Shown here: in pieces, positions 9,764 through 20,112 of the stretch
How positions within the stretch are numbered: position 1 is the first letter of the stretch
Layout: each line of letters begins with the position of its first letter
Source of the DNA: an uncultured Rhizobiaceae bacterium
GTDB taxonomy: Bacteria; Pseudomonadota; Alphaproteobacteria; UBA828
DNA: 62,817 nucleotides
NCBI GenBank assembly: GCA_964413115.1
Contig: CAYPSQ010000001.1
Span: 36,827-99,643, forward strand
Reading direction: 5' to 3'
Position numbers and translations under genes: made by a program
Notes under the pieces: generated by a model
Told to the model about the DNA's origin: nothing
Seen by the model: only the letters and a program-made list of their open reading frames with translations
Databases searched by the model: none

Positions 9764-10372
9764 ATGACCCTTGCCAATAGGCGCAAGCGCTTGACGTTGG
9801 TCGTTTTGAGCGGCGTAGTGTGCGGTATGGTCGGGCTCTCTTTTGCGGCGGTGCCGCTATATGATTTATTTTGCAGTGTGACCGGCTTCGGCGGCACGAC
9901 GCAAACGGCGGACGTGGCGCCCGCGAAGGTAGGTAGCCGCGTCATGGCGGTGCGCTTTAATTCAGATGTAGCTAACGATGTGCCTTGGCGTTTCAAGCCA
10001 TCCCAGCGCGAGATGGAACTGCGTGTCGGTGAGGTCAAGCTGGCGTTTTACACGGCCACCAACGAATCCAAGAATACTATTTTAGGCAGTGCCGTGTTCA
10101 ACGTCACGCCTCCCAAGGCGGGGATTTACTTCAGCAAGATCGATTGCTTTTGCTTCGAGGAGCAGGTTCTCCGGCCTGGTGAAAGCGCTGAGCTGCCAGT
10201 CACCTTTTTTGTCGACCCTGAAATTGCTAACGATCGAGATATGGACGATGTGACGACCATTACCCTCTCCTACACCTTTTTCAATCAAGGCGAAGAGGCT
10301 TTGGAGAACTATCTCGGAGAACAAGCGCAACTGGCAAGCCGTAATATTGGCGGCGAGACAAATCGAAACTGA
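9764..10372 (+). CDS. ctaG: cytochrome c oxidase assembly protein CtaG/Cox11
   Basis: TM anchor followed by ...VPLYDLFCSVTGFGGTTQ... and ...FSKIDCFCFEEQ.... I prefer ATG 9764 (MTLANRRKRL...) over the track start 9686, whose extra residues are Cys/Trp-rich and overlap the small ORF. Confidence 0.9.
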   Translation: MTLANRRKRLTLVVLSGVVCGMVGLSFAAVPLYDLFCSVTGFGGTTQTADVAPAKVGSRVMAVRFNSDVANDVPWRFKPSQREMELRVGEVKLAFYTATNESKNTILGSAVFNVTPPKAGIYFSKIDCFCFEEQVLRPGESAELPVTFFVDPEIANDRDMDDVTTITLSYTFFNQGEEALENYLGEQAQLASRNIGGETNRN

Positions 10373-10426
10373 AACGGAATTGGCATGATTCCAGCCGGCA
10401 CCGGAATTTGACCAAGGAGTGACTAT

Positions 10427-11224
10427 ATGAGCGACACAACACATACCAAGGGCCACGAATATCATATGGTTGAGCCAAGTCCGTGGCCGGCTCTTGGCGC
10501 GCTGGCTGCCGGAACACTATTGGGTGGCTCCGTCCTCTATTTCCAAGGAGACCAAATCTGGCTGATGGCTGTTGGTTTTGCGCTCACCTTGGTCACCATG
10601 TATTACTGGTGGCGCGATGTGATCCGCGAGGCAAAGGATCACTGCCATACGCCGGTCGTTACCCGTGGCCTTCGCTTCGGAATGGTACTTTTTATCGCTT
10701 CCGAGGTGATGTTCTTTGCGGCTTTCTTCTGGGCATTTTTCAACGCGTCCATCATGCCGCCGGAAGCAATCGAATTCATTTGGCCGCCGCCCGGTGTTGA
10801 GACCCTGCATGCTTGGGAATTGCCTTTCCTCAACACCTTGATCCTGTTGACTTCAGGCGCCACGGTGACCTGGGCGCACCATGCATTGAAGCATAACAAT
10901 CAGAAACAACTCATCATGGGATTGGCTGTTACGGTCCTGCTTGGTGTGATTTTCCTCTGCGTTCAAGGGTACGAATACTCTGCCGCCGCGTTTGGGTTCC
11001 GCGATGGAATTTATTCGTCGACATTTTATATGGCGACCGGCTTCCACGGTTTTCATGTGACCATTGGAGCGATATTCCTCGGCGTGTGCCTGTGGCGTGC
11101 GATCCGAGGCCATTTCAAGCCCAATCAACATTTAGGCTTTGAAGCGGCAGCGTGGTACTGGCATTTTGTCGATGTAGTGTGGTTGTTCCTGTTTATCTGG
11201 GTCTATTGGTGGGGTGGCGCCTAA
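10427..11224 (+). CDS. ctaE: cytochrome c oxidase subunit III
   Basis: 265 aa with ...HEYHMVEPSPWP..., ...TGFHGFHVTIG... and ...WYWHFVDVVWLFLF.... Confidence 0.95.
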   Translation: MSDTTHTKGHEYHMVEPSPWPALGALAAGTLLGGSVLYFQGDQIWLMAVGFALTLVTMYYWWRDVIREAKDHCHTPVVTRGLRFGMVLFIASEVMFFAAFFWAFFNASIMPPEAIEFIWPPPGVETLHAWELPFLNTLILLTSGATVTWAHHALKHNNQKQLIMGLAVTVLLGVIFLCVQGYEYSAAAFGFRDGIYSSTFYMATGFHGFHVTIGAIFLGVCLWRAIRGHFKPNQHLGFEAAAWYWHFVDVVWLFLFIWVYWWGGA

Positions 11225-11368
11225 GCGCGCTGTCGCCGCCCTAGGCGGCAGCAGGCCAAGAGATGGCGCCTGTGGGCCGAATATTGCTCGCGGGCGTTGT
11301 CCGGCCGGCATAAAATGCCGACAGTGTCGCAGGGTTCCAAAATTCTTCGTTAAGGGAAATGCCACGGC

Positions 11369-11743
11369 ATGCCTGAATCGCCACCAATTCCGGTTTCTTT
11401 CCTTCGTGCCGGCTTGTTGTGTCGCTGCCCTAATTGCGGGAAGGGCCGGCTTTATTTGGGTTATCTGAAAGTTGTCGAGGCATGTAGCAAGTGCGGGTTG
11501 GAGCTGCGCAAGCATGACGCAGGAGATGGTCCGGCGGTGTTTGTTGTGCTCCTTGTCGGGGCAATTATTGTTGCCCTAGCGCTCTGGGTCGAAATCTCCT
11601 ATCAGCCGCCCTATTGGGTGCACGTCGTGATTTGGGCTCCAGCTATTCTTGGTGGCTGTCTTGGCGCTCTGCGGCCTGCAAAAGCGATTTTGATCGCACT
11701 ACAATTTAAGCACAGGATTTCAGGTTTTGACCAAGCGGGATGA
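11369..11743 (+). CDS. DUF983 domain-containing protein (zinc-ribbon plus TM)
   Basis: 124 aa with CPNCGKGRLY...CSKCG followed by two hydrophobic helices. The position between coxC and surf1 is the usual one for DUF983. Confidence 0.75.
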   Translation: MPESPPIPVSFLRAGLLCRCPNCGKGRLYLGYLKVVEACSKCGLELRKHDAGDGPAVFVVLLVGAIIVALALWVEISYQPPYWVHVVIWAPAILGGCLGALRPAKAILIALQFKHRISGFDQAG

Positions 11744-12476
11744 GACTTCTCTGCCGACGGCACGACGCTGGGTAATATTCGTCGCAATTCCCGGCATACT
11801 GATTTTGTTAGCACTCGGTTCGTGGCAAGTGCATCGCCTCATGTGGAAGAACGAGGCTAATGAATTCCGCCAAAATCGCGCGAATTCTGAGGCTGTGGTG
11901 CTGCCCGAAATGGTCGAGGATGCTGCTGCCATGCTATATCGCCCGGTTTGGCTCGAAGGCCGTTTTCAGCATCAGCACGAGACGTATTTGGCCGCGCGCT
12001 CCTACAACTCAAACCCCGGCTACCATGTCATCACGCCGTTCGAGAGAAGCGATGGAGGCTCCATCCTCGTTAATCGTGGCTGGGTCCCGTTAGATCACAA
12101 AGACCCAACAACACGTGACGCGGGGCAAATAGAGGGCGTGGTGCGGATCGAGGGATTCTTAACCGGCGGTAATGTTCCCGGCTGGATGACTCCCGACAAC
12201 GTGCCGGAGGAGAATTTCTGGTATTGGATTGATTTGCCTTCGCTTTACGGCCATGCCGGCCTTGAGCCACGCGATTATCTCATTGATGCTGGTGCGACGG
12301 CCAATCCAGGCGGCTATCCGATTGGTGGCCAAACCAAAACCGAGCTGAGAAACGAACATCTACAATATATCGTCATCTGGTATGCGCTCGCTGCTTGTCT
12401 TGGCATGATCACGTATCTGATGCTGCGAAATGCCGGCCGCCGGGCGAGGCAAACCGAGGCAGAAAAAGATTCATGA
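11727..12476 (+). CDS. SURF1 family cytochrome oxidase biogenesis protein
   Basis: 249 aa with a TTG start overlapping the DUF983 gene by 17 nt. Motifs: ...LALGSWQVHRLMWK..., ...GYHVITPF..., ...LVNRGWVP... and a C-terminal TM ...HLQYIVIWYALA.... Confidence 0.8.
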   Translation: MTKRDETSLPTARRWVIFVAIPGILILLALGSWQVHRLMWKNEANEFRQNRANSEAVVLPEMVEDAAAMLYRPVWLEGRFQHQHETYLAARSYNSNPGYHVITPFERSDGGSILVNRGWVPLDHKDPTTRDAGQIEGVVRIEGFLTGGNVPGWMTPDNVPEENFWYWIDLPSLYGHAGLEPRDYLIDAGATANPGGYPIGGQTKTELRNEHLQYIVIWYALAACLGMITYLMLRNAGRRARQTEAEKDS

Positions 12477-13975
12477 GTGCTTACGAACAGCTTAAGCAGC
12501 ACTTCCAGCGTATGGCGAACTTGAGCGGCGCGGCTGCCGTGCTGCAATGGGATTGGGCTGCGATCATGCCGGTAGGCGGCGCGACGGCGCGCGCCGCGCA
12601 GCTTTCAGAGCTTGATATTATTCAGCACGAATTGATGACTGATCCGAAGCTTGCCGATTTGCTAGGCGCGGCGGAGTTAGCGCGTGCCGGCCTGGACCCC
12701 TGGCAAGACGCAAATCTCTCCGAAATGCGTCATCGCTGGACCCATGCCAATGCCCTGCCGGCAGATTTGGTGGCGGCGTTTAGCAATGCTGCCTCAGCTT
12801 GCGAACTTGTATGGCGTGAGGCCCGCGTGTCGAGTGATTTCCCAGCCTTCCAGAAAGCCTTCGAGCCACTTCTCGCCTTGATTCGGGAAAAGAGCGACGC
12901 CAAAGCAGCGGCGCTTGATCTTGCTCCCTACGACGCCCTAATTGATGGCTATGATCCAGGTTTCACATGCGCCGATATTGACATTATTTTTGATGATCTA
13001 GCGGGTTTCTTGCCCACCTTTCTGGGCCAAGTCCTGGAAAAACAGGCGGGTGAAACCGCGCCTTTGCGCCCTGCCGGCCCGTTTGCCGTTTCACAGCAAC
13101 GCGCACTCTCCAAAACCCTAATGGAGCGCATAGGATTTGATTTTGACCATGGCAGGTTAGACGAAAGCCATCATCCTTTTTGTGGTGGCGTTGCAGAAGA
13201 TGTGCGTATCACCACGCGCTATGATGAAAGCGATTTTACGTCTTCCCTGATGGCAGTACTGCATGAAACCGGCCACGCGCTTTATGAGCGCGGGTTACCG
13301 ACAGAGTGGCGGACGCAGCCGGTCGGTGAATCGCGTAGCATGAGCCTACACGAAAGCCAATCACTGCTGATGGAGATGCAGGTCTGCCGCGGCGTCGAAT
13401 TTATCAGTTTTGCCGCGCCGCTGATGCGTGACGCTTTTGCATCGAACGGGTCCGAGCCTGACGTCGCGTTCGCGTCCCCTAACCTGCACCGTCTCGCGAT
13501 CAAAGTGGCACCTGGATTTATCCGGGTCGATGCGGATGAAGTCACCTATCCAGCGCACATCATGCTGCGCTATCGCCTCGAAAAAGCAATGATAGCGGGT
13601 GATCTCCAGGTAGCTGATCTGCCAGATGCATGGCGCGAGGGGATGCAGGAATTTCTGGGTTTGACGCCGCGCAACGACAGTGAAGGCTGTCTCCAGGACA
13701 TTCATTGGGCTGGGGGTGATATTGGTTATTTCCCGAGTTATACCTTGGGCGCCCTAATTGCGGCGCAGCTTTTCGAAAGCGCTTGCCTCGATATCGAGGG
13801 TCTGCAGTCGGGACTTGCTACGGGCGAATTTTCTGAACTTTTGGCTTGGCTGCGTGCCGCCGTTCATAGCCAGGCATCACGCTATTCCAGTCATGAGCTT
13901 ATTGAACGCGCGACTGGTCGCCCACTCAGCACCGAGGCCTTTAAGACCCATCTGCAGTCGCGCTATCTCGGCTGA
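12473..13975 (+). CDS. carboxypeptidase M32 (Taq-type metallocarboxypeptidase)
   Basis: HETGHALYE (HEXXH), ...HESQS..., ...DEVTYPAHIMLRYRLE... and ...IHWAGGDIGYFPSYTLG.... I prefer ATG 12473 (MSAYEQLKQHF..., ATGA overlap with the surf1 stop) over the track start 12395. Confidence 0.9.
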   Translation: MSAYEQLKQHFQRMANLSGAAAVLQWDWAAIMPVGGATARAAQLSELDIIQHELMTDPKLADLLGAAELARAGLDPWQDANLSEMRHRWTHANALPADLVAAFSNAASACELVWREARVSSDFPAFQKAFEPLLALIREKSDAKAAALDLAPYDALIDGYDPGFTCADIDIIFDDLAGFLPTFLGQVLEKQAGETAPLRPAGPFAVSQQRALSKTLMERIGFDFDHGRLDESHHPFCGGVAEDVRITTRYDESDFTSSLMAVLHETGHALYERGLPTEWRTQPVGESRSMSLHESQSLLMEMQVCRGVEFISFAAPLMRDAFASNGSEPDVAFASPNLHRLAIKVAPGFIRVDADEVTYPAHIMLRYRLEKAMIAGDLQVADLPDAWREGMQEFLGLTPRNDSEGCLQDIHWAGGDIGYFPSYTLGALIAAQLFESACLDIEGLQSGLATGEFSELLAWLRAAVHSQASRYSSHELIERATGRPLSTEAFKTHLQSRYLG

Positions 13976-14050
13976 GGACGGTCGCTTGCTCTCCACAATG
14001 CGCGGCGTATAGTCTGGCCTCAATTTGATCATACCTGAGAGATATCGCCT

Positions 14051-15466
14051 ATGCGTTATGTGAGCACGCGCGGTGGAGATGGCGCCGGCGTGTCGTTTGA
14101 AGATGTGCTGATCGCTGGCCTTGCGCGCGATGGTGGATTGTTTGTTCCCAAAATCTGGCCAGCGCCGTTTTCAAACCGTGAACTTAGTGAGCTTGCCGCA
14201 CTTAATTACGCCGATCTCGCCGTCCACCTGACGCGGCCTTTTGTGGGTAATGCGGTGGAGCCCGCGGCGCTTGATCGTATTGCTCGCGAAAGTTACGCCG
14301 CATTTGATCATCCGGCGACGGCGCCCCTTTGCCAACTCGGTAAGGGCCTTTGGTTGATGGAGTTGTTCCACGGACCGACATTGTCGTTCAAAGACTATGC
14401 CCTACAATTTCTTGGTCGGCTGTTTGATCACGTCGTGGCGCGGCGCGGTCAGCGATTGACTATACTTGGCGCAACGTCCGGCGATACTGGATCCGCCGCG
14501 ATCCAGGCCTGCCGGGGGCGTGACTCTCTCTCCATCATAATCTTGCATCCGCATGGTCGGGTTTCAGAAGTGCAACGTCGGCAAATGACCACCATCAATT
14601 CCCGGAATGTGCACAATGTTGCCATCGAAGGAACGTTCGACGACTGCCAGGCACTGGTAAAAGCGGTATTCGCCGACCTGCCGCTCCGCGACTCACTTAA
14701 TTTGGCAGCGGTGAATTCGATCAATTGGGCGCGTATCATGGCGCAAACCATTTATTACGCCTATGCGGCTCTTGCCTTGGGCGCGCCCGCGCGCCCTGTT
14801 TCGTTTGCCGTGCCGACGGGAAATTTCGGCAATGTTTATTCAGGCTATGTTGCTGCCCGGCTGGGCCTCCCGATCCGTAACCTACTGGTGGCAACAAACG
14901 CCAATGATATTTTAGCGCGATTTTTTTCCGGCGCCGGGTATCGCAAAAGTCGGGTCATCCCCAGTATAAGTCCGAGCATGGATATCCAGGTGGCGAGCAA
15001 CTTTGAACGCCTGTTATTTGAACTCCAGGGCCGAAACGGTGCCGAAGTCCGGAATTTGATTGAAAGCCTAGACATGGACGGCGGCTTCAATGTGGCGCCA
15101 GAAAAAATCATAGACGCCCTAGGACAATTTTCTGCACGTCGGGTTGTTGATTCGCGTGCGGTCGAGTGCATGGCTGAGACCTGGCGGAACTGTGGCATGT
15201 TGATCGATCCTCACAGCGCTGCCGGCTTGGCCGCTGCCATTGATGCCGCAGCCGAGAGTGATGACGACGGGTGCCAAACAACGACGATTTGTCTTGCGAC
15301 CGCCCACCCGGCTAAATTCCCGGATGCGGTTGAGCAGGCGACGGGTGTTCGCCCGCCGCTGCCGGCGGCATTGGCCGATTTGCACCAGCGTCCAGAACAG
15401 GTGACGCTACTGCCAAATGATTTATCTGCGGTTAAGGCTTATGTCCGTGCCTCCGCAGCGGACTAA
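14051..15466 (+). CDS. thrC: threonine synthase
   Basis: 471 aa with MRYVSTRG..., the PLP-lysine region ...GPTLSFKDYALQFLG... and ...GATSGDTGSAA.... Confidence 0.93.
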   Translation: MRYVSTRGGDGAGVSFEDVLIAGLARDGGLFVPKIWPAPFSNRELSELAALNYADLAVHLTRPFVGNAVEPAALDRIARESYAAFDHPATAPLCQLGKGLWLMELFHGPTLSFKDYALQFLGRLFDHVVARRGQRLTILGATSGDTGSAAIQACRGRDSLSIIILHPHGRVSEVQRRQMTTINSRNVHNVAIEGTFDDCQALVKAVFADLPLRDSLNLAAVNSINWARIMAQTIYYAYAALALGAPARPVSFAVPTGNFGNVYSGYVAARLGLPIRNLLVATNANDILARFFSGAGYRKSRVIPSISPSMDIQVASNFERLLFELQGRNGAEVRNLIESLDMDGGFNVAPEKIIDALGQFSARRVVDSRAVECMAETWRNCGMLIDPHSAAGLAAAIDAAAESDDDGCQTTTICLATAHPAKFPDAVEQATGVRPPLPAALADLHQRPEQVTLLPNDLSAVKAYVRASAAD

Positions 15467-15483
15467 AATGAAGGGATTGTTGC

Positions 15484-16743
15484 GTGACGACACAAATTTC
15501 GACCCTCGCAAACGGTTTACGTGTGTTGAGTGAGGAAATGCCGCAAATAGAGACGGCATCCATTGGCGTTTGGGTCGATGTCGGCGCGCGTTATGAAACC
15601 GCTGAAGTAAATGGCGTGTCACACCTGCTGGAGCATATGGCTTTCAAGGGCACGAAGCGCCGCACTGCCTTGGCAATTGCCGAGGAGATCGAAGCGGTGG
15701 GTGGCCACGTCAACGCCTATACTTCGCGCGAACAGACCGCGTATTACGCTAAGGTGATGAAAGAAGATATATCGCTCGCGGTCGATATTTTGGCCGATAT
15801 TCTTCAGCACTCGACTTTTGCGGAAGAGGAATTGGCGCGCGAACGCGAAGTGGTTATTCAAGAAATCGCCCAGGCTCACGACACGCCGGATGATGTCGTC
15901 TTTGATCAGTTTCAAGAGATAATGTATCCGGACCAGCCACTCGGGCGCACCATCCTAGGACCGGCAGCACAGGTGGAGACCTATTCACGCGACGTGTTGG
16001 CTAATTACATGGACCGGCATTATAACGCTCAGCGCATGGTCGTTGTTGGTGCCGGGCGGCTTGAACATGACGTTTTGGTGGAGCTGGCGGAAAACGCATT
16101 TATTGACCTGCCGGCGGCCCAATCAACCGACGGTCTTATGGCTAAATATGAGGGCGGTGACAAGCGCACAACCCGGGAGTTGGAGCAGGCCCATATAGTG
16201 CTCGGCTTTAACGGGATCGCGTATGGAGATGCGGATTATTATACGGCTCAGTTGCTCTCCACCCTATTGGGAGGAGGTATGTCGTCGCGCCTGTTCCAGG
16301 AGATTCGCGAACGGCGCGGGTTGGCCTACTCGGTCTTTAGCTTCGCCTCGTCCTACACGGATGGTGGCGTGTTCGGAGTTTATTGTGGCACCGGCCCCGA
16401 TAAGTTAGCTGAACTCACACCGGTCATCGCCGATGAGTTGCATAAAATTTGCGAAACGGTAACGTCGGAAGAAGTCGATCGCGCCCGTACTCAACTGAAG
16501 TCGGGTCTTCTCATGTCGCTCGAATCCAGTTCGTCGCGCTGCGAGCGTCTGGGGCGGCAAATGCTAATTTTCAACCGCTCTATCCCGATTGAAGAAATGG
16601 TGACGGAAATAGATGCAATCACCGCCAAGGATGTCGTGCGGGTAGCGGGGCGACTTATTCGCGGCAGCCGACCAAGCCTCGCCGCACTTGGACCGGTCTC
16701 CGGTCTTGAAACTTATGACCGGTTTGCGGAGCGATTTGCCTAA
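15484..16743 (+). CDS. M16 family zinc peptidase (mitochondrial-processing-peptidase-like)
   Basis: 419 aa with a GTG start and the inverted zinc motif HLLEHMAFKGT (HxxEH), then ...GGHVNAYTSREQT.... Confidence 0.85.
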   Translation: MTTQISTLANGLRVLSEEMPQIETASIGVWVDVGARYETAEVNGVSHLLEHMAFKGTKRRTALAIAEEIEAVGGHVNAYTSREQTAYYAKVMKEDISLAVDILADILQHSTFAEEELAREREVVIQEIAQAHDTPDDVVFDQFQEIMYPDQPLGRTILGPAAQVETYSRDVLANYMDRHYNAQRMVVVGAGRLEHDVLVELAENAFIDLPAAQSTDGLMAKYEGGDKRTTRELEQAHIVLGFNGIAYGDADYYTAQLLSTLLGGGMSSRLFQEIRERRGLAYSVFSFASSYTDGGVFGVYCGTGPDKLAELTPVIADELHKICETVTSEEVDRARTQLKSGLLMSLESSSSRCERLGRQMLIFNRSIPIEEMVTEIDAITAKDVVRVAGRLIRGSRPSLAALGPVSGLETYDRFAERFA

Positions 16744-17336
16744 TGTCGGTTCACCGGATAACTCGCTTGGACCGGGAGAATTCACATCTGCTTGGCCTTA
16801 ATGTGCGACTACGTCCGCCCGAACCACGCGATTGGCAAGCTTGGGTAGAACTGCGGACAGCGTCGCGCGATTTCTTGGTCCCGTGGGAGCCCGCTTGGGC
16901 AAGCGATGCGCATACCCGCGCTGCCTATCGCCGCCGTCTGCGCCATCAACAGCGTGATGCCAGTAACGATGTGTGCTATTCCTATTTCCTCGTTCGCCGT
17001 TCTGACGATGCGCTGATGGGTGGCATAACCTTGAGCAATATCCAGCGTGGTGTCGCTCAAAGTTGCGGCGTCGGGTACTGGATTGGCAAGCCGTATGCGC
17101 GCGATGGCTATATGACCGAAGGCCTAAAATGTGCGCTCGATCATTGTTTCTCGAGCCTCGGACTGCATCGTATTGAAGCTGCTTGCATGCCAAACAATGA
17201 TGCTAGCCAGGCCTTACTGCGGCGCTGCGGCTTTCGTCGTGAAGGATACGCGAGAAAATATCTGAAAATAAACGGCGCCTGGCGCGACCATTTGCTATTC
17301 GCGGCGCTAGAAGACGAGTGGCGGCGCCCCACCTGA
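16743..17336 (+). CDS. GNAT family N-acetyltransferase (RimJ/RimL-like)
   Basis: 197 aa. The ATG overlaps the peptidase stop (TAATG). Motifs: ...GVGYWIGKPYARDGYMTEGL... and ...LHRIEAACMPNNDASQALLRRCGFRREG.... Confidence 0.75.
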   Translation: MSVHRITRLDRENSHLLGLNVRLRPPEPRDWQAWVELRTASRDFLVPWEPAWASDAHTRAAYRRRLRHQQRDASNDVCYSYFLVRRSDDALMGGITLSNIQRGVAQSCGVGYWIGKPYARDGYMTEGLKCALDHCFSSLGLHRIEAACMPNNDASQALLRRCGFRREGYARKYLKINGAWRDHLLFAALEDEWRRPT

Positions 17337-17358
17337 TAGGTAGCTAGCGAACAATTTC

Positions 17359-17931
17359 TTAAGCATGCCCCACTTCGGCGGAAAGATTGGATATATCAAC
17401 ACCCAAGCGCGCCACCGCAGTTTGCCATTTCATGTCATTTTGCAGACGAAAAACAACTTCTTTGTCGGCGGGTACAGTTAACCAACCATTGTTCTGGATT
17501 TCTTCGTCGAGTTGACCGGGCGCCCAGCCTGCATACCCGAGCGCTAACAGGCTGTTGCGCGGCCCATCGCCCTCCGCCAGAGCTTTCAATACATCCACCG
17601 TCGCCGTCAGGGCGAACTCGTCATCGACCATCATAGTGGCATCATGAACATAGTCCGCCGAGTGTAGAACAAAACCGCGTGTGGCCTCGACCGGCCCGCC
17701 GAAATGTACGCGGATGCGCTCGTCTACATTGGCGGTTTCAATTTCGAGCTGCTCTAAAAGCTCTTCAAAGCTCAAAGATTCTAGGGGCTTATTGACAACA
17801 ATTCCCATCGCGCCGTCTTCCGAATGGGCACATATGTAAATAACCGATCGCTCAAATCGTGGGTCCGGCATGGCCGGCATGGCCACCAAAAGTTGACCCT
17901 CGAAATAAGGCGACGGCACTTTCATGCCCAT
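17359..17931 (-). CDS. YqgE/AlgH family protein (UPF0301)
   Basis: 190 aa with ...GQLLVAMPAMPDPRFERSVIYICAHSEDGAMGIVVNKP... and ...HFGGPVE...GYAGWAPGQLDEEI.... Confidence 0.8.
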   Translation of the reverse strand: MGMKVPSPYFEGQLLVAMPAMPDPRFERSVIYICAHSEDGAMGIVVNKPLESLSFEELLEQLEIETANVDERIRVHFGGPVEATRGFVLHSADYVHDATMMVDDEFALTATVDVLKALAEGDGPRNSLLALGYAGWAPGQLDEEIQNNGWLTVPADKEVVFRLQNDMKWQTAVARLGVDISNLSAEVGHA

Positions 17932-18174
17932 ATTCTCCGGCCCGATTCACCTTTGCTAAGGAACATCCATCAGTGTCTCAATTCACCATATAGGTGACAA
18001 TAGTTTCCTTAAGGAATTACATAATTTTACGCCGTGGGCGCTGATTTTTTGGTGATTGCAATCCAGCCATTTGGCCAGCATATTAATGCGCTGACGCCTT
18101 TGGGTATTGAGCTGGTACGGCGGAAGGCGGCAGTTTTAGTTTTCATGTTGTAACGATTTGCGGGGAGCAAGAAG

Positions 18175-18660
18175 ATGACGATTCAAATCGGTGACAAGAT
18201 ACCTTCGGTGAATTTCAAGAAGATAACCGCGGACGGTCTTGTCGACGTTCCCAGCGACGAATATTTCAAGGGCCGAAAAGTGGCAATATTTTCGGTGCCG
18301 GGCGCTTTTACACCAACCTGCTCAGCACAACATGTGCCGAGTTTTGTCGGCAATGCGGATGCCCTTAAAGCCAAAGGCGTCAGCACCGTTGCCTGCGTTT
18401 CGGTGAATGATGCGTTTGTCATGAAGGCCTGGGGTGAAGCACAGGGCGTTGGCGATGCGGTTGAAATGCTGGCTGACGGCAATGGCGAGTTCGCGCGAGC
18501 CACCGGCCTCACGTTGGACGCTAGTGGTTTTGGTCTAGGCGAACGTTCCACACGTTTTTCCATGATTGTCGATGATGGCAAGCTGATTCAGCTAAACGTC
18601 GAGAGCAATCCTTCTGAAATGGACGTAAGCAGCGCCGAGCATATGCTGGGCCAACTCTGA
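18175..18660 (+). CDS. peroxiredoxin, Prx5 subfamily
   Basis: 161 aa with the active site ...FSVPGAFTPTCSAQHVP..., then ...ACVSVNDAFVMKAW... and ...GERSTRFSMIVDDG.... Confidence 0.9.
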   Translation: MTIQIGDKIPSVNFKKITADGLVDVPSDEYFKGRKVAIFSVPGAFTPTCSAQHVPSFVGNADALKAKGVSTVACVSVNDAFVMKAWGEAQGVGDAVEMLADGNGEFARATGLTLDASGFGLGERSTRFSMIVDDGKLIQLNVESNPSEMDVSSAEHMLGQL

Positions 18661-18679
18661 TCGAACATGGTCACGACGT

Positions 18680-19153
18680 CTAATTGCCTGCCGGTTTGGG
18701 GATGCCGCGCCGCGCGAGCATGTCGGCGCGCTCATTTTCGCGGTTGCCGTCATGTCCTTTAACCCAATGCCACGTCACATCATGATTGCTAGTTTGCGCG
18801 TCGAGTAGTTGCCACAGATCCATATTTTTCACCGGCTTTTTGCCGGCGGTACGCCATCCTCTGGCTTTCCAACCATCGATCCATTGTGTGATACCGTCGG
18901 TTACGTAGCGGCTGTCGGTAAATAGAGCGACCGTGCTCCGCCGTTTGAGCGCCTGAAGTGCTTGGATCGTGGCTTCGAGCTCCATGCGGTTATTTGTGGT
19001 ATCGATCTCGCCGCCGCAAATTTCTTTGCGCTCGCCGTTGTAGAGAAGCACCGCACCCCAACCGCCTGGCCCAGGATTGCCGCTACACGCGCCGTCGGTG
19101 TAAATGCGCACTCTTGGACTGCCCTGACCAGAGGATTTACCGCCCACCGTCAT
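18680..19153 (-). CDS. rnhA: ribonuclease HI
   Basis: 157 aa with ...[18 protein letters not shown]..., ...TNNRMEL... and ...[15 protein letters not shown].... There is a 4-nt overlap with the upstream thrB. Confidence 0.93.
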   Translation of the reverse strand: MTVGGKSSGQGSPRVRIYTDGACSGNPGPGGWGAVLLYNGERKEICGGEIDTTNNRMELEATIQALQALKRRSTVALFTDSRYVTDGITQWIDGWKARGWRTAGKKPVKNMDLWQLLDAQTSNHDVTWHWVKGHDGNRENERADMLARRGIPKPAGN

Positions 19154-20112
19154 GAGATTCCGTAAGCGCCCGGTCCTTCGAGGCCCCGGTGAAAGCGCAA
19201 TTTCTTGAGATACTCCATCGGGTCCTTGGGTTTGACCATGGCGCCGTCGACTTGGTTGAGCCAGTCGTAAAGTCTGGTGAGTAGAAAGCGCAAAGCGGCG
19301 CCGCGCGCTAGCAGAGGTAGGGCATTCAACTCCGCCACGCTACACGACCGCACTTTGCGATAGGCGTTGATCATGAGACGAGCCTTGGTGATATTGAAGC
19401 TGGTGTCAGGTTCAAAGCACCAGGCGTTGAGGCAGACGGCAAGGTCGTAGGCCAGGAAATCATTGCACGCGAAATAAAAGTCGATAAGTCCAGAAAGTTC
19501 GTCCCCATCAAAAAACACGTTGTCGGGAAACAGGTCGGCATGAATAACTCCTTCCGGTAGATCGCGCGGCCACCGTGCCGCTAGCTCCTCTAGTTCCCCA
19601 GCTAGTTCCCTAGCGAGACCCGGCTCGACTTCGTCGGCGCGTGCCTCCGATTGGTCGAACAGCGTGCGCCAGCCGGCGACGGACAGCGCGTTTTCGCGCC
19701 GTTCTGGGTAATCGAGGCCGGCGACATGCATCTTGGCCAACGCTTCACCCAGCGGCCCGCAATGCGACGTAGCGGGCCTAAGTGGCCATACGCCTGAGAG
19801 AAAACTGGTTATCGCCGCCGGTCGGCCACACAGCTCGCGCAGCATTTCACCGTCGTGGCCGTGAATTGGTGTAGGACAGGCCAAGCCACGACGCGCCAAA
19901 TGCTCCATCAATCCGAGAAAATAGGGCAAATCCTCTGGCGCCACCCGTTTTTCATAGAGCGTTAGGATGTAGGGTCCCTGACCGGTCAGCAGAAAATAAT
20001 TCGAGTTCTCCACCCCTTCTGCGATGCCCTTAAAAGAGACTGCCCGGCCGATATCGTAATCGGCGAGAAAGAGCGCGAGGTCTTGATCCGATACAGCGGT
20101 GTACACAGCCAT
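19150..20112 (-). CDS. thrB: homoserine kinase (APH-fold type)
   Basis: 320 aa with [12 protein letters not shown]..., ...[13 protein letters not shown]... and ...[14 protein letters not shown].... Confidence 0.88.
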   Translation of the reverse strand: MAVYTAVSDQDLALFLADYDIGRAVSFKGIAEGVENSNYFLLTGQGPYILTLYEKRVAPEDLPYFLGLMEHLARRGLACPTPIHGHDGEMLRELCGRPAAITSFLSGVWPLRPATSHCGPLGEALAKMHVAGLDYPERRENALSVAGWRTLFDQSEARADEVEPGLARELAGELEELAARWPRDLPEGVIHADLFPDNVFFDGDELSGLIDFYFACNDFLAYDLAVCLNAWCFEPDTSFNITKARLMINAYRKVRSCSVAELNALPLLARGAALRFLLTRLYDWLNQVDGAMVKPKDPMEYLKKLRFHRGLEGPGAYGIS

